NCBI GenBank assembly: GCA_963555995.3
Contig: OY821641.1
Location: forward strand, 2,976,001-3,040,000
DNA length: 64,000 bases
Reading direction: 5' to 3'
From: Vicinamibacteria bacterium
Lineage (GTDB): Bacteria; Acidobacteriota; Vicinamibacteria; Marinacidobacterales; Marinacidobacteraceae
The translations under genes and the position numbers were made by a program. Below are positions 9,554 through 20,043 of the stretch, one piece after another. Under the pieces are notes generated by a model. That model was given only the letters and a program-made list of their open reading frames with translations, did not search any database and was not told the DNA's origin. The number at the start of each line of letters is the position of its first letter. Position 1 is the first letter of the stretch.

Positions 9554-10987
9554 CTACGGCCCCGGTCCGGTCACTCGCCGGAGGCGTACGACCGCGCCCG
9601 CGCCGGCGAGGACCAGCAGTCCGCCGAGCGCCGCGAGCGGAATCAAGGCCCGCGCCGTGACCTCCCGCATCCGCTCGTCCACGAAGCGGAACGACGGCAG
9701 CGCGGGCAGGACCTCCGCGGTCATCTGTTCGCCCGCGAGGATGGCGGGCACGAAGAAGGTCCGCCAGCGTTCCGCGAACTCGCGGACCTGGGACTGGAAG
9801 CGGGCGAAGCGCGCGTCTCCGGTGCCGGCCGCATCCAGCAGCGCCTCCTGCGTCAGGAGCGCGGGGGACAGGAACCGGTAGCGGCGCACCAGCGCCTGCT
9901 GCGCGGCCAGGCGCTCGTCGTGCACGCTGGTCACCTCTTCCAGCCGGCGATTCACCGCATCGGTGGCGGCCCACGCGAGCGCCGCGCGGTTCGCCTCGTC
10001 CGCCGCCACCCCGCCGGCCAGTTCGGGATGATCTTCCAGGTAGCGCGCCAGCAGTTCGCTCCGCTGGCTCACCGCCTCGTTCGAGGCCTCGCGCTGGGCG
10101 GTGATCATCTCCACCCGGGACGGCAGCGGATGCAGCAGCCCGGCCGTGATGTTCACGGCGGCGGGAAGGACCACCACCAGCAGCAGCCAGGCGCCCACCA
10201 GCACGGTGGCGTTCCAGGGCGACGACCGGCCGAGGCCGTTCACCCAGGCGGCCAGGGTGAACCAGAAGAGCGCGTAGGCGGCGACCGCCGCGCACCAGAG
10301 CGCGACCCGGCCCGGAGACTCGAACCCCCCGCTGACGAGGACCCCGAGCAGCGACACCCCGAGCGCCAGCCCCATCACCAGAATCGCCCGGAAGGCCAGC
10401 TTGGCGCTCACCACCCCGCGGACCGAGACCGGCTGGGAGAGGGTCAGCGCCAGCGTTCCCTGCTCGCGTTCCCCGGAGAGGACGTTGAAGCTGAGCGCGA
10501 GGATCAGCAGCGGCAGCAGGTACACCACCACGAAGGCCAGATCGAAGCGCCCCACCAGCAGGTTCAGCGGGTTCTCGATCTCGCCGTTCTGCAGGAACGA
10601 GGACTCGTTGGTCTGGATGCTGACGTCGTAGTAGTAGGGCAACAAGTCGGTCTGTCCCACCGCGAGCGCGGTCAGCGGACCGGGGTCCAGCACCGCCGTG
10701 TGGGCGCCGGAAGCTCCCCCGAGGACGCTGGGGGACCGGGGGTCCCGGAACGGCGAGGACGGCCGCCCGCCGTCGGCGATCCGTTGCAGCTCCGCCTCGA
10801 GGGTCCGCACCCGTTCGACGTTGCCTTCCCGGGCGGCGGCGACAGTCTCTTCCTGGAAGGCGACCCACGCCATGCCGTTCGCGAGCGCGTAGGCGAACAG
10901 GAGGGCGAACACCCCCAGCACCAGACCGAGCGCGCGGTCGGCGCGGAGCAGGCGCCACTCGTTCCGCAGAACGGTGCGCAGGGTCAT
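9554..10987 (-). CDS. ABC-2 permease, DUF3526-type
   Basis: Multi-TM protein with LAVGQTDL, ENP..L..GRFDLAF and SGEREQGTL motifs. Start MTLRTVLRNE. Confidence 0.85.
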   Translation of the reverse strand: MTLRTVLRNEWRLLRADRALGLVLGVFALLFAYALANGMAWVAFQEETVAAAREGNVERVRTLEAELQRIADGGRPSSPFRDPRSPSVLGGASGAHTAVLDPGPLTALAVGQTDLLPYYYDVSIQTNESSFLQNGEIENPLNLLVGRFDLAFVVVYLLPLLILALSFNVLSGEREQGTLALTLSQPVSVRGVVSAKLAFRAILVMGLALGVSLLGVLVSGGFESPGRVALWCAAVAAYALFWFTLAAWVNGLGRSSPWNATVLVGAWLLLVVVLPAAVNITAGLLHPLPSRVEMITAQREASNEAVSQRSELLARYLEDHPELAGGVAADEANRAALAWAATDAVNRRLEEVTSVHDERLAAQQALVRRYRFLSPALLTQEALLDAAGTGDARFARFQSQVREFAERWRTFFVPAILAGEQMTAEVLPALPSFRFVDERMREVTARALIPLAALGGLLVLAGAGAVVRLRRVTGPGP

Positions 10988-10989
10988 GG

Positions 10990-12399
10990 CTAGGCGACCT
11001 CCGCGCGCCGCACCAGCGACCCGGCGAACAGGAACGCGCCCACCAGCCACAGCCCGAGCATGGCGAGGGACAGCGTCCGGTTGCGGAGCACCCATCCGAG
11101 CGAGGGCGCGTCATAGTCGAAAGGCGGCACCTCCGCCCAGGTGTCCGCGGTGGCGATGTAGGTCTCCCCGGTGCGGGAGTTCTCCGCCAGGTCGCCGTTC
11201 ATCCGGCGCATCAGGTCGCGCCGGTACTGCTCCGCCGCGGTGGCGAAGTGCCGGTGTTGTTCGACGTCGGTTCCGGCGAGCCCCATGGAGAGGGTGCGTA
11301 CCGCGAGGAGCGGCGCGGCGACCGAGAGGGCCTCGTGCACCACCCCCTGCCGCTCGAACCGGTTCCAGAGGGCGCCGTAGTTGCGGTCGAAGATCCGGTT
11401 CGCGAACTCCTCGCTCTCCTGGAGGTACACGCCGATGACGTTCACGGGAAGGTCGTCCACGGTCTCCACGCCGTGCTCCGCGAGCAGGCGGGCGGTCGTC
11501 TCGTCACGGTCGGGCCGCTCGATCCCCGGGACGCCGGAATAGATCTCCCGCTCCATGGTGCGGGCGAACTCGACGGCCGAAGGCGTGGGGTGCAGCCACT
11601 TCGAGAGGTCCACCGCGACGCGCGGCGCCACCAGCCCGTTCAGCACCCAGATGCCGAGCAGCGCCACGAGCGCCGTCCGCGCCGACCGGACCCACGCCGA
11701 GACGGCGAGGGACAGGGCGACGAAGACCCCGAAGTAGGCCAGGTAGCCGGCGGCGAGCACCGCGCCCCGCGCGAACGGGGTGGCGGCCGGGCCGGGGCTG
11801 CCGACGGTGATCGCGGCGCTTCCCACGATGGCCGCCGGGATCAGGAGCAGCGCGAGCGCGCCCGCCACCCCGAGGGCCTTGCCGAGGGCCAGGTCCCGCC
11901 GGGAGATCCCGGTGGCCAGGAGCTGCCGGAGGGTGCCCTGCTCGCGTTCCCCCGCGAGCGCGCCGAAGGCGAGCAGGATGATGAGCAGCGGCACCAGGTA
12001 CTGGAGGACCTGCGCCGCGGTGAGGGCGCCGAGCCGCTGGCCGGCGGTGGCGTCCTGCGCCGGTCGCATGAGGAAGTCGTTCTGGCGGTGGGCCTCCAGC
12101 CAGACCGAGGTGCCGGTGTAGGGGTCCACGCCCTGGTCGAGGAACGACAGGGGAAGCCGCGGCTTGAAGGCGTAGATGCCGTAGTGCGCCGCCGAGTGGG
12201 GGTTCTTCTCCCCCTGGGACTCCCAGTGGTCGCGGGCCGTCTCGCGGGCGGCGGCGTGGGCGGCCTCGGCCCGCCGGGTCTCGACCAGGCCGCTGCCCAG
12301 CGAAACGAGCAGCAGCACGCCCACGATGGCCGCGCACCAGCGGAAGCGGCCGTCCCGGAGCAGGTCGGTGAACTCTTTTCTGACGATGTGCCGGATCAT
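10990..12399 (-). CDS. ABC-2 permease, DUF3526-type
   Basis: KNPHSAAHYG, WLEAH, GEREQGTL and LAGTD motifs. Confidence 0.85.
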   Translation of the reverse strand: MIRHIVRKEFTDLLRDGRFRWCAAIVGVLLLVSLGSGLVETRRAEAAHAAARETARDHWESQGEKNPHSAAHYGIYAFKPRLPLSFLDQGVDPYTGTSVWLEAHRQNDFLMRPAQDATAGQRLGALTAAQVLQYLVPLLIILLAFGALAGEREQGTLRQLLATGISRRDLALGKALGVAGALALLLIPAAIVGSAAITVGSPGPAATPFARGAVLAAGYLAYFGVFVALSLAVSAWVRSARTALVALLGIWVLNGLVAPRVAVDLSKWLHPTPSAVEFARTMEREIYSGVPGIERPDRDETTARLLAEHGVETVDDLPVNVIGVYLQESEEFANRIFDRNYGALWNRFERQGVVHEALSVAAPLLAVRTLSMGLAGTDVEQHRHFATAAEQYRRDLMRRMNGDLAENSRTGETYIATADTWAEVPPFDYDAPSLGWVLRNRTLSLAMLGLWLVGAFLFAGSLVRRAEVA

Positions 12400-12409
12400 G
12401 ACGTCCCTC

Positions 12410-13198
12410 CTACTCCTGCATGTGGTCGAGGTAGATGCGCTCGAGGTCGGCGTGGCCGATCTCGTCGGTGCTCAGCTCGGTGACCAGCCGGCCGTGCCGC
12501 ATGATCCCGATCCGGGTCCCCGACTCCTTCGCGCGAAACAGGTCGTGGGTGGCCATCAGCACGGCCACCCCCCGGCCCCGCAGGGTCTCGATCAGCTCCG
12601 AGAACTCCCGGGACGCCTTGGGATCGAGCCCGGAGGTGGGCTCGTCGAGCAGCAACGCCTCGGCATCCTTCGCCACCGCGATGGCGATGCCAACCTTCTG
12701 CCGCATGCCCTTCGAGTACTCGGCGACCCGGCGCCCGACGGCCGGGCGGGGCAGTCCCACGTCCACCAGGATCTCGGTCAGGCGCTCCGTCGAGAGCGTC
12801 TCCCTGCCGCCGAGCGCCGCGAAGTACTGCAGGTTCTCGAGGCCGCTGAGGTTGCGGTAGAGCATGACCTGCTCGGGGACGTAGGCGAGGCGCCGCCGCG
12901 CGTCGAGCGCGTTCTGCGCCACGTCGAACCCCGAGACCCGGACGCGGCCGGCGCTCGGTTCGATGAACCCGAGGAACAGGTGGATGGTGGTGGTCTTGCC
13001 GGCCCCGTTCGGGCCCAGCAGACAGTAGACCTCGCCCGGCTGAATGGACAGGTCGAGACCGGCTACAGCCTCGAGGTCCCCGTAGCGCTTCACGAGGGAG
13101 CGGGCCTCGAGGACGGGGTCCTCGAACTCGGCCTCGCGGAGGGGAATGGGTGGGGCCTCGCCGGTGGCGGGGGTCTCCAGGACGGCTTGGGTGGACAT
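12410..13198 (-). CDS. ABC transporter ATP-binding protein
   Basis: GPNGAGKTT, YSKGMRQ, LLDEPTSGLD. GGAG RBS before ATG 13198. Confidence 0.93.
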   Translation of the reverse strand: MSTQAVLETPATGEAPPIPLREAEFEDPVLEARSLVKRYGDLEAVAGLDLSIQPGEVYCLLGPNGAGKTTTIHLFLGFIEPSAGRVRVSGFDVAQNALDARRRLAYVPEQVMLYRNLSGLENLQYFAALGGRETLSTERLTEILVDVGLPRPAVGRRVAEYSKGMRQKVGIAIAVAKDAEALLLDEPTSGLDPKASREFSELIETLRGRGVAVLMATHDLFRAKESGTRIGIMRHGRLVTELSTDEIGHADLERIYLDHMQE

Positions 13199-13303
13199 CG
13201 GACTCTCCTCCCGGATGAGGGAACGCCGGCGCCCCGGAGCGGGCGCGGGCGCCACAACAGGACGAAGCAGCCGGCCCGCGGGCCGGCTACGGCTGCTGCG
13301 GAG

Positions 13304-13573
13304 TCAGGCGGGAGGCGCCCGGGAGCCGCCCCCCGTGGGCGTGATCCCGTGGGCGTGCAGAACGGCCACCGGGACCACGGCCGTGAGCACGGCCGGGTCC
13401 GGATTCGCCGGGAGGCCGGCCGCGGCGAAGGGCGCTTCGTGGGCGTGGCAGAGCACACAATGCTCGCCGAGCCCATCGGCCTCTTCGTGCAGATGCGGGC
13501 CGGCGCCGAAGGCCAGCAACGCGAGCATCCCGAGGGCGGCCCACGGAAGCACCCGGCGCAATTTCGGCCTCAT
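13304..13573 (-). CDS. His-rich CxxCH / RAPP leader peptide (DUF2946/CruR-like), copy 1
   Basis: Basic N-terminus, hydrophobic segment, HLHEE..HCVLCH, C-terminal RAPPA-stop. Sits just upstream of an ABC operon and is conserved in two other copies. Confidence 0.8.
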   Translation of the reverse strand: MRPKLRRVLPWAALGMLALLAFGAGPHLHEEADGLGEHCVLCHAHEAPFAAAGLPANPDPAVLTAVVPVAVLHAHGITPTGGGSRAPPA

Positions 13574-13580
13574 GCTGCGC

Positions 13581-13609
13581 ATTCTTGGCCGTTCGGGCGG
13601 AAGCGTCAA
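13581..13609 (-). promoter_or_regulatory. Putative sigma70 promoter for leader ORF 1 (probably leaderless mRNA)
   Basis: TTGACG-17 nt-AAGAAT, then 7 nt to the ATG. Same boxes and spacing at 25671-25699. Confidence 0.55.
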
Positions 13610-13811
13610 GTTTCTTCCGGTTCAGGAGTCGCCAGGAGTTCCGAGCCGCCGCTCCAGTTACGGCCGTGATGCCGCCGGCGGCTGGGAACGCCGACCTCCG
13701 GTCGGCATCACGCTGCGCAACGGCGCAGTGTCGACCTGCACGGATCGTTGTTTCGCTCGGTGCAACCGGGCAACCACGGCGGTCGGCCGTGGGAGGGCTT
13801 GTCGCGACACG

Positions 13812-15245
13812 TCACGCTTCCCGGAATCGAGTCTGAAGCCTCGCGAGATTCCTTCGCGCCAGGGCCGCCGCCAGCAGCCCCAGGCCGAACAGGTAGCCGA
13901 CCGGGAAAAGGACGCTCCGGCCTACCGCGCCGAGATCGCTCTCCCGGAAGGCATAGGCCGGGACCGCGTCGACCTCGGCGACCGTCAGCCGTTCACCGGC
14001 GAGAACCTTGGCTTCCACGTGCCGGGCAATGGCCCGCTTGTAGTCCCTGACCTCTCCCTCGAAGCGGACCTGCCGCGCGAGATCCGTACCGGAGATCTCG
14101 TTGATGGACCGCATGGCGAGGGCCGCCGGGGCGGCGTACTGCACGAGGCTCAGGAACGACTGCCGCCGGTCCTGGACCGCCTCGAACTCGGCCAGCACCG
14201 GTTCCACGGCGCGGTCCACGGTCTCGTTCACCAGATAGGAGACCCGGATGTACTCGGGGATCGTGTAGTTCTCGACGGTGAGTTCCGGGTGATCCAGCAG
14301 CATGCCCTGCATGACGTCCGCCCGTGACCGATAGGCCTCGTTCGAGACCTCGCGGGCGGTTGACAGGAACGCCAGTTGCGACGGGGCCGGATGGATGAGC
14401 TGGGCGGCCGCGGCCAGCACCGCGGGTCCCACCAGCCCGTTCAGGACCCAGAACCCGATCATCATCATCGCGGTGGTCTCACTCTTCCGGTTGAGACTGA
14501 CGAACCAGTAGATCGCTCCGGTCCAGAACGCGAAATAGCCGGACGCCGCCAGGAACCAGAACCCGAAGCGCCCCAGCCGCTCGCCGCCGGGGACACCGCC
14601 CGCCCCGATGAAGAGCCCGGCGAGCAGGGCGGCGACGAGAATTGCGAACACCGCGCCCAGGCGAACGAGCAGCTTCGACCGGACCACGGCGCGCACCGAG
14701 ACCGGGTGCGACAGAAGCAGGCCGAGCCGGCCACTGTCCCGGTCGCGGGACAACGCTCCGAACGTCAGTGCGATCATCAGGAGGGGCATGACGAAGAGCA
14801 CCGCGAAGGCGAGGTCCAGCTTGCCGGCGCGAATCTCGTTCGGGCTCTGAAACTGGTAGTTCCCGAACAGCCGGTCCACGCTGCGCCAGAGCGACACCCT
14901 GGAGGTGAAGGGATGCACGTCGGTCACCCCGTGCGAAAAATCGGCCAGGGGTCCCGGCGCGGCGACGGCCGGTCGGGCGACGTCCATGGCCAAACCCGCG
15001 AACCGGTCGTCTTCGGGCGCCACGTCCCCCGACTCGACCGCGACGACCCGTGCGCGCCAGTCCGCCGCCCGCTCGAGGTGCTCGGTCTCGAAGGCCGTCG
15101 CCGCCTCTTCGAGCGCCTCGCGGTACTCGGCGCCCCGGAGCGACGCCCAGAGGCAGATCAGGGCGAAGAGCCCCAGGAGCACGAGCTGGATGCGGTCGTG
15201 GAGGAGCGCCATGCGTTCGTGCTTCAGGACCGCCCGCGTGGTCAT
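13812..15245 (-). CDS. ABC-2 permease, DUF3526-type (second operon)
   Basis: Distant paralog of 9554-10987 (GKLDLAF, SRDRDSGRL). Start MTTRAVLKHE overlaps the upstream stop. Confidence 0.85.
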   Translation of the reverse strand: MTTRAVLKHERMALLHDRIQLVLLGLFALICLWASLRGAEYREALEEAATAFETEHLERAADWRARVVAVESGDVAPEDDRFAGLAMDVARPAVAAPGPLADFSHGVTDVHPFTSRVSLWRSVDRLFGNYQFQSPNEIRAGKLDLAFAVLFVMPLLMIALTFGALSRDRDSGRLGLLLSHPVSVRAVVRSKLLVRLGAVFAILVAALLAGLFIGAGGVPGGERLGRFGFWFLAASGYFAFWTGAIYWFVSLNRKSETTAMMMIGFWVLNGLVGPAVLAAAAQLIHPAPSQLAFLSTAREVSNEAYRSRADVMQGMLLDHPELTVENYTIPEYIRVSYLVNETVDRAVEPVLAEFEAVQDRRQSFLSLVQYAAPAALAMRSINEISGTDLARQVRFEGEVRDYKRAIARHVEAKVLAGERLTVAEVDAVPAYAFRESDLGAVGRSVLFPVGYLFGLGLLAAALARRNLARLQTRFREA

Positions 15246-16675
15246 GCCGCCATCTCCCCGAGGAAGCCTCGGCGCACTCCCGCGGCCGCCATCGCGATCG
15301 CGATCGCGAGCCAGAGCACGAGGATGATCACGTCGGGCCACACCCCGCGGACGGCCTCGCCGATGCCGGGCGCGGCGTACTCGAAATCGGGGTTCTGCCG
15401 CCAGAAATCGTTGCCGGAGACGTAGGCGTAGCCGTCCGCGCCGCCGTGGTCGATCATTTCCTGGTTCAGCAGGAGCACGAACTCACGCCGGAACGCCTCG
15501 GCTTCGTCCGCGAAATGCCGGTAGGCGTGGATGCCGGTTCCCGCGAGCGCCATCGAGACGTTCTGCGCGGCGATCGTCGGCGAGACGAGGGCAAAACCAC
15601 GCGCGATGGCGCGCTGGCTTTCATAGCTGCCCCAGAGCTCGGCGTACATCGTGTCGAACACCCCGTTGGCGAACTCCTCGCTCGCCTGGAGGAGGTACCC
15701 GTCATAGTTGATGGGGAGCGCCTCGACCGTCTCCACCCCGTATTCGGCGAGCGCGGCGTCCATCACCCGCTGCCGGCGCTGGACCGCTCCCTCGCTGGCG
15801 TCCCAGAACGGGTCGGCGCCTTCCCGGTCGAGGCGGGCCGCGAATTCGGGCGCCGATGGGGCGGGGGCGAGGGCGCCTGCCACCTCCGGCCCGATTCTGG
15901 GCCCGAGGACGGTCGCGACGATCCAGACGCCCATTAGTCCGGCGAGCGCCGTCCGGGACCGCGAAGCAAGTGCGGAAACGCCCAGGGCGAGGAAGACGAA
16001 GATCGCGAGGTAGACGAGATAGAGGGCGGCGAGCCCCGCCGTGCGCCACCCGGTGTCCGGCAGCCGCTCGATGCCTTCGGCGCCCATCACGATTGCGGAT
16101 CCGACCAACACGCCGCAGACCAGCAAGCCGGTCAGGCTGAAAGCGGAGACGGCCTTCCCGAGGAGGAGCGAGACCGGGCGCACCCCCGCGGCCAGGAGCT
16201 GCCGCAGCGTCCCGGACTCGCGTTCGGCGGCGACGGCGCCATAGAGAAGGATGAAGATCAGCAGGGGGCCGAAGACCTGGATCACCCATGCCGGGTTCAA
16301 CTGGGCGATCCGCTGGATCTCGACGGCGTCCTCGACGGGCCTGAGCGCGGCGGGATCGCGGTAGTGCGCTTCGAGCCAGATGGCGTTCCCCACGTAGTCG
16401 GTCAAACCCGGGTCGAACACCGCCAGGTTGAAGGTCGGCTGGAACGCGTAGCGCGAGAAGTGGGCCGCGGTATGCGGGTTCTTCAGTCCCTGCGTGTCCC
16501 AGATCTCCCGGTCCATCGCAACCGCGGACGCGCGTTCGCGCTCCATCGAGGAGACGGCGCTCCAGCCGGTCACGGTGGCGGCCAGGCCGAGCAACGCCAC
16601 GATGCCGAACACGGTGACGACCCGGCCGTCCCGCCAGTACTGCACGAACTCCTTCCGGGCGATCGCGCGGATCAT
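15242..16675 (-). CDS. ABC-2 permease, DUF3526-type (second operon)
   Basis: KNPHTAAHF, WLEAH and AERESGTL motifs; paralog of 10990-12399. Confidence 0.85.
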   Translation of the reverse strand: MIRAIARKEFVQYWRDGRVVTVFGIVALLGLAATVTGWSAVSSMERERASAVAMDREIWDTQGLKNPHTAAHFSRYAFQPTFNLAVFDPGLTDYVGNAIWLEAHYRDPAALRPVEDAVEIQRIAQLNPAWVIQVFGPLLIFILLYGAVAAERESGTLRQLLAAGVRPVSLLLGKAVSAFSLTGLLVCGVLVGSAIVMGAEGIERLPDTGWRTAGLAALYLVYLAIFVFLALGVSALASRSRTALAGLMGVWIVATVLGPRIGPEVAGALAPAPSAPEFAARLDREGADPFWDASEGAVQRRQRVMDAALAEYGVETVEALPINYDGYLLQASEEFANGVFDTMYAELWGSYESQRAIARGFALVSPTIAAQNVSMALAGTGIHAYRHFADEAEAFRREFVLLLNQEMIDHGGADGYAYVSGNDFWRQNPDFEYAAPGIGEAVRGVWPDVIILVLWLAIAIAMAAAGVRRGFLGEMAA

Positions 16676-17406
16676 GCCGGGCCTCCGCCGGCGCCGGCCG
16701 CGCCGCCCCGCATGGATTCCAGGTAGATCTTCTCCAGTTCCGCGCCCGTGACGGACCCGGGATCCAGGCGCTCGACGAGTTCCCCGGACTTCATGATGCC
16801 GATGGTCGTGCCGAGTTCCATGGCGCGGAAGATGTCGTGCGTCGCCAGCAGGATGGCGGCGCCGTCGCGCCGGAGGTCGGCGAGGACCTCGGTGAACTCG
16901 TTCGCCGCCGCGGGATCGAGCCCCGAGAGCGGCTCGTCGAGGAGGAAGGCGCTCGCCCGCCGGGCCAGGGCCGCGGCGATCGCGACCTTCTGGCGCATCC
17001 CCTTGGAGTACCCCGAAACGCGCCGGCGCGCCTCGAGCGCATCGAGCCCGGCGCGTTCGAGGAACCGGAGGAGTTCAGCGGTGCGGTAGTCCCGGTGTCC
17101 GGAGAGTTCGGCGAGGAACTCCAGGTTCTCCAGCCCGGTCAGGGACGGGTAGAGCGCCACCTGCTCCGGGATGTACGCGAGATGCCGCTTGGAGCCGACC
17201 GGATCGCGCTGGACGTCGTGTCCGTTGACCAGCGCCGATCCGGAAGTCGGTTCGATGAAGGCGAGGAAGAGGTTGATGGTGGTGGTCTTGCCGGCGCCGT
17301 TGGCGCCGAGGAGACACAGCGACTCCCCGGCGCCGATCCGGACGTTCAGGGCGTTCAGCGCCCTCACGTCGCCGAAGGACTTCGTGAGTTCCCGGGCTTC
17401 GAGCAT
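16672..17406 (-). CDS. ABC transporter ATP-binding protein
   Basis: GANGAGKTT, YSKGMRQ, LLDEPLSGLD. Confidence 0.93.
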   Translation of the reverse strand: MLEARELTKSFGDVRALNALNVRIGAGESLCLLGANGAGKTTTINLFLAFIEPTSGSALVNGHDVQRDPVGSKRHLAYIPEQVALYPSLTGLENLEFLAELSGHRDYRTAELLRFLERAGLDALEARRRVSGYSKGMRQKVAIAAALARRASAFLLDEPLSGLDPAAANEFTEVLADLRRDGAAILLATHDIFRAMELGTTIGIMKSGELVERLDPGSVTGAELEKIYLESMRGGAAGAGGGPA

Positions 17407-17437
17407 GGTGCTTCCTCCTCCTCCGGTCAGCAGGTCG

Positions 17438-19837
17438 CTAGGGGCCGAACCGATACCTGAACGAGACCAGCGCGTGCCGGGTCGGAAGGGGCATCATCGT
17501 CCGGAAGCCGCCGAGCTGGAAGTCCAGCGAATCCGTCAGGTTCTTGATTGCGAGGTCCACGACCCAGTCGCGGCGCTCGTACCCGAAGTTCAGGTCGAAG
17601 CGCGCCGTGGCCGGCACTTCCCAGTCCGGGTTCGGGAGCGCGGCCATGCGGGCGCCCGTCGCGTACGCCCCGCCGCCGAAGGACAGTCCCCGAAGGGAAC
17701 CGTCGCGGAAGCGGTAGTTCAGGAAGACGCTCCCCGAGTGGGGCGCGACACCGGCGAGACGGCCACCGAGATAGGCCTCGCGGACGTCCTCGCTCACGTC
17801 CGAAGTCATGCCGGTGTAGGTCGCGATGACGTTCAGGCTCGGCGTGACGGCTCCGGCGACTTCCATCTCGACGCCGCGGCTGTGCTGCTCGCCCACCTGG
17901 ATGCTGAAGGTGAACGTCGGGTCGTCCGGATCCGGGACGACGATGTTCTGCTTCCTGAGGTCGAACCAGGCGACCGTCGCCAGGACGCGGCCGTTCCCGA
18001 ACTCCTGCCTCCATCCCACTTCCCACTGGCGCCCGCGGGTGGGCTTCAGGGGTTCCCCGCTCGCCTGCCGCGGCGAACTTCCGGAGTGCCCGGTCAAGTT
18101 CGGGAGGAACGACGTCGCGAAGCTTCCGTAGACGTTCCCGGCCGGGAGGATCTCGTAGGTGACCCCGGCGCGCGGGCTGAAGTCCTGGTCGTCCTGGTCG
18201 TCAAGGAGCATTCCGTTCGCAATGTCGTACTGCCGGGACGTGAAGGAACTGAACCTTCCGCCGAGAAGAACCTTCAGCCTTGATGTGAATGAGAGCTGAT
18301 CGAGCAGGTAGATTCCGGTCTGGCTTCCCTCCGTGTCGTCGTTGAAGCCGTACAGCGGAAACCCCGGGACCGCTCCGTACTCCGGTGCGATCCGATCAAT
18401 GGGGTCCAGCGAAATGATGTCGAACTGATAGAAGAACCGGTAACGGGAGAACTCCACGCCGGTCACCAGTTCATGTTCCACGCCGCCGGTCGCGAAGCGT
18501 CCGTACAGCTCGTTCTGGAAGCCGTCGTTCTCCGCGGTTTCGTCGGTGACGAAGTTGTCGCGGTTGATGGTGCGGCCATCGGGATCCAGGGGGAAGAACG
18601 AGAAGCCGGCGGCGTTGACCTCCTGGGTGGCCTGCATGCGCGAAAAGCCGGTCCGGAAGCTCCAGTCGGGTGAGAAGTCGTGCGTGAGATTGAGCAGAAC
18701 GATGCGCTGCTCGTTCACCGACCGCGCCCACCGCTCGCCGTAGCTCTTCGTGGCCGGCTCGTCGAGAAAGACTTCCGCGATCGGGAAGCCCCGATCGAAG
18801 TTGTGGTCGAAGCGCGCCCATTCGGCCTCGAACGTGACGGTCGTCCCCGGCCGGAGAATCCAGGTGAGCGCGGGAGCGACAAAGGAGTTCTCGTGCTCGA
18901 TCAGTTCCCGATAGCTGTTCGCGCGGTCGTAGGCGGCGTTCACCCGGAAGAGCAGCGTGCGCGAGGCGTTCAGCGGGCCGGTGAGGTCCACGGTGGGCCG
19001 CAACTGTCCGAAGCTGCCTCCCGTGAAGCCGAACTCGTAGCGGTGCTCCGGGAGCGGCTTCTTGGTGATCGTGTTGACGAGGCCGCCGACCTCGCCGGCG
19101 CCGTAGAGCAGCGACGACGGACCCTTGAGAAACTCGACCCGTTCCACGTTCGCGACATCGGTCTTCGACAGGAACGGGAACTGCTGGAAGCCGTTTCTCA
19201 GGTTGACGCCGCTGAACCCGCCCGAGAAACCCCGGAACGCGTAGTGGTTGTTCTGCGTGCCCCCGTACGAGGTGAGGGCGGTGACGCCGGCGGCGTTGTG
19301 GGCGGTGTCGCTCAGGTGGACCACGACCCGGTCCTCGATCACGTCCCGCGGAACCACGGAAATGGACTGGGGCACCTCGATACGGGAAAGATCGAGCTTC
19401 GTCCCCGTGGTGGCGGTCCCGGCGACGTATCCCTCGGCCTGCGCGGTGACGCTCACCGACTCCGCCAGCCCGGTGAGCTCGAGCTCGAAGTCGAGTTCTT
19501 CGGCGCCCGAATCCACGAGGACTGTCCGGGCGGCGAGATCGAACCCGGATGCCTGGACTTCGACGAGGTACTCGCCGGGAGCGAGCGGCAGGGTGTAGGA
19601 GCCGTCGCCAGCGGAGCGGGTCTCGGCCACGAGCTCGCCCTCGCGACGGATGGTGATGCGGGCGCCCCGGATGGCCCCGCCGGTCGAGTCAACGACGGTG
19701 CCGGCCAGCGAGGAAGAGGAGGAGGATTGCGCCTCGGAATCGGTCGCGGCGCTGTCCTCGCGCGCCTCGACGGGCGCGGTGGCGAAGGCGGCCAGCAGGC
19801 CGGCCGCCAGGAAAGAAAGGAATCTGGATCGGTACAT
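17438..19837 (-). CDS. TonB-dependent receptor with N-terminal carboxypeptidase-regulatory-like domain
   Basis: Signal peptide, GTVVDSTGGAI, plug motifs PQSISVV and ERVEFLKGPSSLLYG, beta-barrel ending FRYRF. Confidence 0.93.
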   Translation of the reverse strand: MYRSRFLSFLAAGLLAAFATAPVEAREDSAATDSEAQSSSSSSLAGTVVDSTGGAIRGARITIRREGELVAETRSAGDGSYTLPLAPGEYLVEVQASGFDLAARTVLVDSGAEELDFELELTGLAESVSVTAQAEGYVAGTATTGTKLDLSRIEVPQSISVVPRDVIEDRVVVHLSDTAHNAAGVTALTSYGGTQNNHYAFRGFSGGFSGVNLRNGFQQFPFLSKTDVANVERVEFLKGPSSLLYGAGEVGGLVNTITKKPLPEHRYEFGFTGGSFGQLRPTVDLTGPLNASRTLLFRVNAAYDRANSYRELIEHENSFVAPALTWILRPGTTVTFEAEWARFDHNFDRGFPIAEVFLDEPATKSYGERWARSVNEQRIVLLNLTHDFSPDWSFRTGFSRMQATQEVNAAGFSFFPLDPDGRTINRDNFVTDETAENDGFQNELYGRFATGGVEHELVTGVEFSRYRFFYQFDIISLDPIDRIAPEYGAVPGFPLYGFNDDTEGSQTGIYLLDQLSFTSRLKVLLGGRFSSFTSRQYDIANGMLLDDQDDQDFSPRAGVTYEILPAGNVYGSFATSFLPNLTGHSGSSPRQASGEPLKPTRGRQWEVGWRQEFGNGRVLATVAWFDLRKQNIVVPDPDDPTFTFSIQVGEQHSRGVEMEVAGAVTPSLNVIATYTGMTSDVSEDVREAYLGGRLAGVAPHSGSVFLNYRFRDGSLRGLSFGGGAYATGARMAALPNPDWEVPATARFDLNFGYERRDWVVDLAIKNLTDSLDFQLGGFRTMMPLPTRHALVSFRYRFGP

Positions 19838-20043
19838 CTGTGTTCTCCCGATATCTCGCCCTCGGAAAGACAGTTCCGGCGGCGGCCGTGCGGGACGCGG
19901 CGGACCGTTCGTTCCTGAGGGCTTCCCGAACGGCGTCGGGGAACGCGGTAGCCGCGAGGGGACGCGCGCGGTCGGATGACCGCGGCGGCGTGCCGGCCCT
20001 GCGCCCGCCGGGAACAGCGGACGTGCACGGCCGGCTGGCGGAA

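Noticed and set aside
13304-13573. Leader ORFs as ordinary c-type cytochromes
   Set aside because: CxxCH is present, but the rest is short and low-complexity, and the invariant terminal RAPPA plus operon-leading position fit a uORF better. Heme attachment is not excluded.
19845-20040. Cobalamin riboswitch before the TonB receptor
   Set aside because: Only scattered GGGAA and ACTGT words; no B12-box or convincing stems by eye. An Rfam scan would settle it.
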